Of a stretch of 64,000 nucleotides of DNA, positions 59,098 to 64,000 are shown piece by piece (positions within the stretch are counted from its first letter, which is position 1; the number at the start of each line of letters is the position of its first letter). The notes below the pieces were generated by a model that searched no databases, was not told the DNA's origin, and saw nothing but the letters and a program-made list of their open reading frames with translations. Position numbers and translations under genes: made by a program. The stretch lies in IMG/VR virus record IMGVR_UViG_3300045988_112022. One strand, written 5' to 3'. Source of the DNA: a virus.

Positions 59098-62000
59098 ATG
59101 GCGTTATCGAAAAATCTTATTTCCGATTTTGTGAAAGCCACGACCGACGATAAGAAAACTGCCGAGGAGACAACCCTCTACGGCACTATTGTCGAATATA
59201 ATGGGAGTAAAAACGTTCGTCTTGACGGATCGGACATGCTTACTCCTTATACGGCTACGGTGGCTGCTAAAGCTGGCGAAAGGGTTAGGGTTTCGGTTGG
59301 TAAACACTCTGCAACTGTAACCGGAAACGTATCCAGTCCGGCGGCTCGAACTGGTGATGTAGAAGAGCTTGGGCAGAAAGTGGACACGTTTGATGCTGTG
59401 GTTGCTAATAAAGCGACTATTAAGGATCTGGAAGTTGAGCGTGCTCGAGTGGACGATCTTGTTGCCGATAATGTTGTTATTAAAAACCAGCTTACTGCAG
59501 ATTCTGCAGAAATCAAAGATCTCAAAGCAGATAATGTCGATATTAAAGGAAAACTAACCGCCAGAGATGCGGAAATTGAAAATCTAAAAGCAAATAAGAT
59601 TGACGCGGAAGTTGTGTCGGCGAATTATGCTACAATCAAAAATCTTGAGGCTACTCAGGCGAGTGTTAAAGAACTCTCTGCCAACAAAGCGAATATCACA
59701 GATCTTACTGCAGCTACCGGTCGGATCGATAAGCTGGAATCAAAAGATATCGAAACCGATAAGCTCATTGCCGGTAAAGCAGATATCACAGATCTTACCG
59801 CAGCTACCGGTCGTATTGATAATCTGGAATCAAAGAATATTGAGACAGATAATCTCGTTGCCAAAAAAGCAGATATTGATCTTGCGAATGTAAATAATGC
59901 ATGGATCAATAAAGGTGTTCTCAAAGATGGCTCCATCGGTTCGGCAGCAATCCATGAAGGCGCTGTAACGAACGCTAAGATTGCTGATGCGACGATTGAA
60001 GCAGCGAAAATCAAGTCTATCAATGCAGATTCTATTGTAGCCGGTACGATTAAGACAGAGCGCCTTATCATCGCCGGTCCGGATGGTCAGGACTCTATCG
60101 TCAAAGCAATTAACATCGCAAATGGCGTATCTGAAGCAGAAGTGAATGGTCGGAAGATCCAGGCCGCTTCTATAGACGTCGTTGACCTGTCTGCATTCCA
60201 GGCTAAGATTGCCCAGTTTGATATGAGTCAAAATGCCATATATAGTGGCAAACTGGCTATTAATGATCCGACAAGCGGTGTGTATATTTCCACCACCGGT
60301 CTTGGGCTTGGTGACGGAGCTCTTACAAGTAAGAAAGAATCGCCAATTCAGATGTATGCTGATGGTGTATTTAAACTTAAAGGCAAAAATTCATCGTTGG
60401 AGTTTAATCCAGTGACGGATATGTTGGACATCAATGTCAGCAATTTCCGGATTGGTTCAAAAGAAGCAGCCACAGTAGATAATACAGTCAAATCAACACT
60501 CGAACAGTTTTATTCATCCACATCCCCAACATCATTAGTTGGTGGTTCATGGAGTAATGATCAGCCCACATGGACAGAGGGTAAGTATATTTGGAGACGA
60601 AATTTCGTAACCTATGGAGATGATCGTACTGAATTCACGCCTTCTGAAAACGGAGTATGTATAACCGGTAATACCGGAGCCCAGGGCGCTCGTGGTCCAC
60701 AAGGTGTCGCCGGACCCAAAGGCGAAACTGGCGCTCATGGACCGCAAGGTGAAACTGGACCTCAGGGACCGCAAGGTGACAAAGGAGCTACCGGACCACA
60801 GGGACCGACTGGACCTCAGGGACCGACTGGACCACAGGGGCCGACTGGGCCTAAAGGAGATAAAGGTGCAACTGGCGCTCAAGGTCCTACAGGAGCGTCT
60901 GGCAAAGGAATTAAATCCACAGCTATAGCATATCAATTATGTGCATCACAGACCACTGCACCGACGGGAACGTGGCTTGGATCACCGCCTGCTATAGATA
61001 TTTTCAAACCATTTTTATGGACAAGAACTGTTACTACCTACACGGATAACACAACATCAACAGCATATAGCGTAAGTAATACGTCAAACAATGTAAGGAT
61101 ACATTCCGTGCCTGGCAACGGTAACACTAACATGTATGTTAAATTCGCCACGTTGACAATAGTATCAAACTATATCAACACTCCTATGACATTCAAACTT
61201 GTTAGTAGGGGATGGGAAACGTCAAACGTTCAGATAATGTTCAAATCAATCAACGACCACGACCCTGGATTGGATTGGTTCAGAGCTGACGGTACAGTGC
61301 CATTATGGATAAAGAAATCGGGCACATCAAAATGGGATTTATACATGCAAAAAAGCGAACCGTGTGGCAGCTGTATTATTTATAATTTCGTTATGTCGGA
61401 TAGACAAGCTGACGTCACGTGGACTACCGATCAAGTAGCGGCAATTCCGAATGGAGCTGTAAAAGTAGCTTTATTATCGGCTGATGCAAACGCAATATCA
61501 CGTATCTCCGCGGCCGAGACTGAAATCTCAAATAACAAAAAGCAGATTGCTCTTAAAGCATCTCAAACGGAAGTCACTAATCTCAAAGGTGCGCTTGGTG
61601 ACTTGAGTGTGTATACCAATAAAAAGACTACGATGGTCCAAGATATTACAGGCTGGCAATATACCTGGGATACCGTTATAAGCACTGATGCGGCTGAGAT
61701 TGCTAGTCATAAAGACTATATTACTTTCGATAAAGGTAATATTATCCTTGGCGACTCCGCCAGTGCATCCAAACTTAAACTTACAAAAGATTCCATCCAG
61801 TTCAAAGGCACCAGCGACACCGCCATAAAACCAGATTCCGACGCAACTGCCTGGATCACCGGAAAGGTATTCCATATCAATTCCGGAGAGATTGAGAGCA
61901 GCTTGAAGTTTGGTAAGGTGCAGCTGAGACCATCCAGTAATAACACACTGATTATCAGAGACCCAGACGACACTCAAGACATTGCGGAATTTGGTTCTGT

Positions 62001-62970
62001 TATAAAGATTGGCAAAACCAATGGCCAGAATGTGCAAATTGATAAGGATGGATTGAGAGTATTTAGCTGGAGCAATACTATCGCGCACATTGGATATGGA
62101 CCAGCCAACGTCGGAAACAATAAATATGTCGATCAGTCTTTTTATACCTTTGGTGTTAGAAAAAAGGGATCGTTAATTGGTGGTTTTTCAGTAGCGGAGG
62201 GTGATAATTCGACGGCGAGCGGTTATTGTGCACACGCAGAAGGAGCGGGCTGTGTGGCTAGTGGTGATCAATCACATGCGGAAGGATGTAACCCAATTGC
62301 GTCGGGACAGGCCTCACATGCACAGGGAGTAAACACAGTAGCATCAGGAGAGTGCTCTTGCGCTGGTGGAGAAGGTTCGAAAGCAACAGAGAGATTTTCG
62401 TGCGCGATTGGAAACCATGTTATTGCAGCTTCTGCGAGCCAAACTGTTATTGGAAAATATAATACTCAGGATGCTTCAAATGCATATTCGTTAATTATAG
62501 GTAATGGCGGGTCTGATACAACTCGTTCAAACGCACTCACTGTAGGATGGGGAGGAGACATCACTGCTCCTAGACTCACATCTAAAGCTGATTTATATTT
62601 TGGATTTGCTGGAGGGAATTCATTCAGACCATACTACACAAAAGGTAATTCTGCATCGTTTAAAGTATGGCTAATGGGATATACAACATCTGGTATGGCA
62701 GAAGTGCTATTTTTCATGCCATTCTCAAGACCAATTATTGGCGCAAGCGGCGTGAGTGTATCAAGTGTCAACGGTCTTATCATACGTCAGAACAATAAAT
62801 ATCTGTATGGCAGTACGGCGACAGTATATGTGAAACCATCATCATATACTTCAGAAATTGTGGATAGAGGCCAAGGCGTAAACATCCGAGCCAAAATGCC
62901 GAACACCACTAATGTCACAAATAACACAGCGTGTGCTATCACGGCAAGCATAAAAATCACATTCAGCTAA
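59098..62970 (+). CDS. tail fibre / receptor-binding protein with coiled-coil repeats, collagen-like tract and C-terminal SG..AHAEG repeats
   Basis: 1290 aa. See the repeat features below. Confidence 0.8.
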   Translation: MALSKNLISDFVKATTDDKKTAEETTLYGTIVEYNGSKNVRLDGSDMLTPYTATVAAKAGERVRVSVGKHSATVTGNVSSPAARTGDVEELGQKVDTFDAVVANKATIKDLEVERARVDDLVADNVVIKNQLTADSAEIKDLKADNVDIKGKLTARDAEIENLKANKIDAEVVSANYATIKNLEATQASVKELSANKANITDLTAATGRIDKLESKDIETDKLIAGKADITDLTAATGRIDNLESKNIETDNLVAKKADIDLANVNNAWINKGVLKDGSIGSAAIHEGAVTNAKIADATIEAAKIKSINADSIVAGTIKTERLIIAGPDGQDSIVKAINIANGVSEAEVNGRKIQAASIDVVDLSAFQAKIAQFDMSQNAIYSGKLAINDPTSGVYISTTGLGLGDGALTSKKESPIQMYADGVFKLKGKNSSLEFNPVTDMLDINVSNFRIGSKEAATVDNTVKSTLEQFYSSTSPTSLVGGSWSNDQPTWTEGKYIWRRNFVTYGDDRTEFTPSENGVCITGNTGAQGARGPQGVAGPKGETGAHGPQGETGPQGPQGDKGATGPQGPTGPQGPTGPQGPTGPKGDKGATGAQGPTGASGKGIKSTAIAYQLCASQTTAPTGTWLGSPPAIDIFKPFLWTRTVTTYTDNTTSTAYSVSNTSNNVRIHSVPGNGNTNMYVKFATLTIVSNYINTPMTFKLVSRGWETSNVQIMFKSINDHDPGLDWFRADGTVPLWIKKSGTSKWDLYMQKSEPCGSCIIYNFVMSDRQADVTWTTDQVAAIPNGAVKVALLSADANAISRISAAETEISNNKKQIALKASQTEVTNLKGALGDLSVYTNKKTTMVQDITGWQYTWDTVISTDAAEIASHKDYITFDKGNIILGDSASASKLKLTKDSIQFKGTSDTAIKPDSDATAWITGKVFHINSGEIESSLKFGKVQLRPSSNNTLIIRDPDDTQDIAEFGSVIKIGKTNGQNVQIDKDGLRVFSWSNTIAHIGYGPANVGNNKYVDQSFYTFGVRKKGSLIGGFSVAEGDNSTASGYCAHAEGAGCVASGDQSHAEGCNPIASGQASHAQGVNTVASGECSCAGGEGSKATERFSCAIGNHVIAASASQTVIGKYNTQDASNAYSLIIGNGGSDTTRSNALTVGWGGDITAPRLTSKADLYFGFAGGNSFRPYYTKGNSASFKVWLMGYTTSGMAEVLFFMPFSRPIIGASGVSVSSVNGLIIRQNNKYLYGSTATVYVKPSSYTSEIVDRGQGVNIRAKMPNTTNVTNNTACAITASIKITFS
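59689..59868 (+). repeat. 2 x 90-nt tandem repeat (30-aa unit A[ND][23 protein letters not shown])
   Basis: Direct reading of the nucleotide and protein sequence. Confidence 0.85.
60667..60909 (+). repeat. collagen-like G-X-Y tract (81 residues)
   Basis: [81 protein letters not shown]. Confidence 0.95.
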
Positions 62971-62982
62971 AGGAGAATCGAA

Positions 62983-63282
62983 ATGGCATTAAAAAAGAAG
63001 ATAATCCAGGATGATGGTGTAACTACCGAATATCATCGTATTTTATACGTTCAGTCAACAGTAAACAGTCATTGCTCTGTTGCTGTGATTTCCTTGGCTT
63101 CCGAAGAAATCAGGAATAAACAGCTCGCGGGAGAAATTCAGCAGCCTTATCAGAAAATTGTCACTTATGAGACAACTGAATACGATGACTTAACTATCGA
63201 AAAAGCTTACGAATATCTCAAGACTCTTCAGGAATTCGAAGGAGCTGAGGATATTCTCGAAGAAAAGCATATTTTATCATAA
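62983..63282 (+). CDS. hypothetical protein (XkdW-like position)
   Basis: Track ORF between the fibre and the holin. Confidence 0.6.
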   Translation: MALKKKIIQDDGVTTEYHRILYVQSTVNSHCSVAVISLASEEIRNKQLAGEIQQPYQKIVTYETTEYDDLTIEKAYEYLKTLQEFEGAEDILEEKHILS

Positions 63283-63294
63283 GGAGGATTCAAA

Positions 63295-63606
63295 ATGGAT
63301 TTTACAACATTAACTGAACATTTCGTACTCGTAGTATTAGTCGCTTGTCTGGTGGTAGGTTATATCATCAAACATGCGACTTTTTTAAACAAGATTCCCA
63401 ATACGGATATTCCATGCATCCTTGCAGTGATTGGAGCCGTACTGAACGGAGTCGTTAGTGGATTTTCTGTCGAATCCATCGTGTATGGAGCCGTCATGGG
63501 CTTAGCGTCCACCGGATTACACCAGGCATTCACACAGTTTATTGAAGGTAAGAATAATATCAGCACTGAGGAGGACGACACAGATGGGGTTCACAATCAC
63601 CAGTGA
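63295..63606 (+). CDS. holin
   Basis: 103 aa with three hydrophobic helices and a charged C-terminus. IPCILAVIGAVLNG motif as in LC3/Hol44-type holins. Confidence 0.7.
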   Translation: MDFTTLTEHFVLVVLVACLVVGYIIKHATFLNKIPNTDIPCILAVIGAVLNGVVSGFSVESIVYGAVMGLASTGLHQAFTQFIEGKNNISTEEDDTDGVHNHQ

Positions 63607-63883
63607 TCAGATTATGTGGTTCTGCACGATCGTAGGCGGAATCTGGGGTATCTTGAAGATCATTAAAGAGCTTCGGAAACCCAACGAAGATATGAAAGCT
63701 GAGGTACAGAAACACACCGAGCTTTTAGACAAAGACAATAGACGAATGAAGCAGTGTGAGGATGCGAACCAGATGATCCTCAAGTGTTTGCTTGTGATAA
63801 TCAATCATGAGATAACCGGGAACGGAATCGAAAAAATGAAAGAGACCAGAGATAAGCTTCAGGACTTTTTAGTCGATAATTAA
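63584..63883 (+). CDS. holin-associated membrane protein (N-terminal TM + coiled coil)
   Basis: Track ORF 63542-63883. GAGGAGG RBS precedes the ATG at 63584. Confidence 0.55.
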   Translation: MGFTITSDQIMWFCTIVGGIWGILKIIKELRKPNEDMKAEVQKHTELLDKDNRRMKQCEDANQMILKCLLVIINHEITGNGIEKMKETRDKLQDFLVDN

Positions 63884-63897
63884 GTAGAAGAGTGGCC

Positions 63898-63948
63898 CGT
63901 AGGAGTAACACTTAACCTGTTTTAGGTTATTCATACGTTACTCCTACG
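63898..63948. repeat. perfect 12-bp inverted repeat (terminator or attP-associated)
   Basis: CGTAGGAGTAAC-N27-GTTACTCCTACG, followed by TTTG. Inner hairpin AACCT-GTTTT-AGGTT. Confidence 0.8.
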
Positions 63949-64000
63949 TTTGCCATTAGAAACCCTTGAGTTTACTGGATTGTTTGTTTCCACAGCAACA

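Noticed and set aside
60667-60909. Collagen-like tract as a sign of eukaryotic contamination or a misassembly.
   Set aside because: It is in frame within a continuous phage fibre ORF, flanked by typical fibre sequence. Collagen-like repeats are well known in phage tail fibres.

Overview
This window reads as a nearly complete genome of a temperate, AT-rich, siphovirus-type phage or prophage of a Firmicute. The basis is strong AGGAGG-type ribosome binding sites, hairpin plus T-run terminators, and almost all genes on the + strand.

Layout:
- 1-450: N-terminus of a tyrosine integrase on the minus strand, truncated by the window edge.
- 0.5-31 kb: rightward early arm. It holds dozens of tiny ORFs (many membrane or Cys-rich), three paralogues of one membrane-anchored family, a 1407-aa helicase-primase-polymerase fusion, an SF2 helicase, a RadC-like protein, NrdG, a ThyX-like protein and a LemA pair.
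- 31.27-31.55 kb: dense repeat and inverted-repeat control region.
- 31.6-37.4 kb: two XRE-type HTH proteins, nucleases, an HNH homing endonuclease, and a 970-aa protein carrying the hallmark motifs of a single-chain two-barrel (YonO/RdRP-like) RNA polymerase.
- 37.4-63.9 kb: packaging, head, tail and lysis module: terS, HNH, terL, portal, protease-capsid fusion, tail tube, chaperones, 2003-aa tape measure, Dit/Tal-like proteins, 1290-aa collagen-containing fibre, holins.

The most interesting signal is a possible self-contained phage transcription system. It consists of the RNAP-like ORF at 34202-37114 plus 19 rigidly spaced copies of a 27-nt box (TCGCG-N16-T[A/T]ATGA). All copies are on the + strand and confined to 1.6-29.3 kb, and many are fused directly to a recurring terminator hairpin, giving a chain of one-gene cassettes.

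Other notable points:
- two promoter-driven structured RNAs with no ORF;
- an ABBA iteron array;
- an N-terminal motif shared by three otherwise unrelated proteins;
- a 66-nt fragment of the polymerase gene copied into another ORF;
- a multidomain lysin sitting inside the tail module, with none beside the holins.

All functional calls come from motifs recognised by eye. No database or HMM search was possible, so family names are hypotheses.
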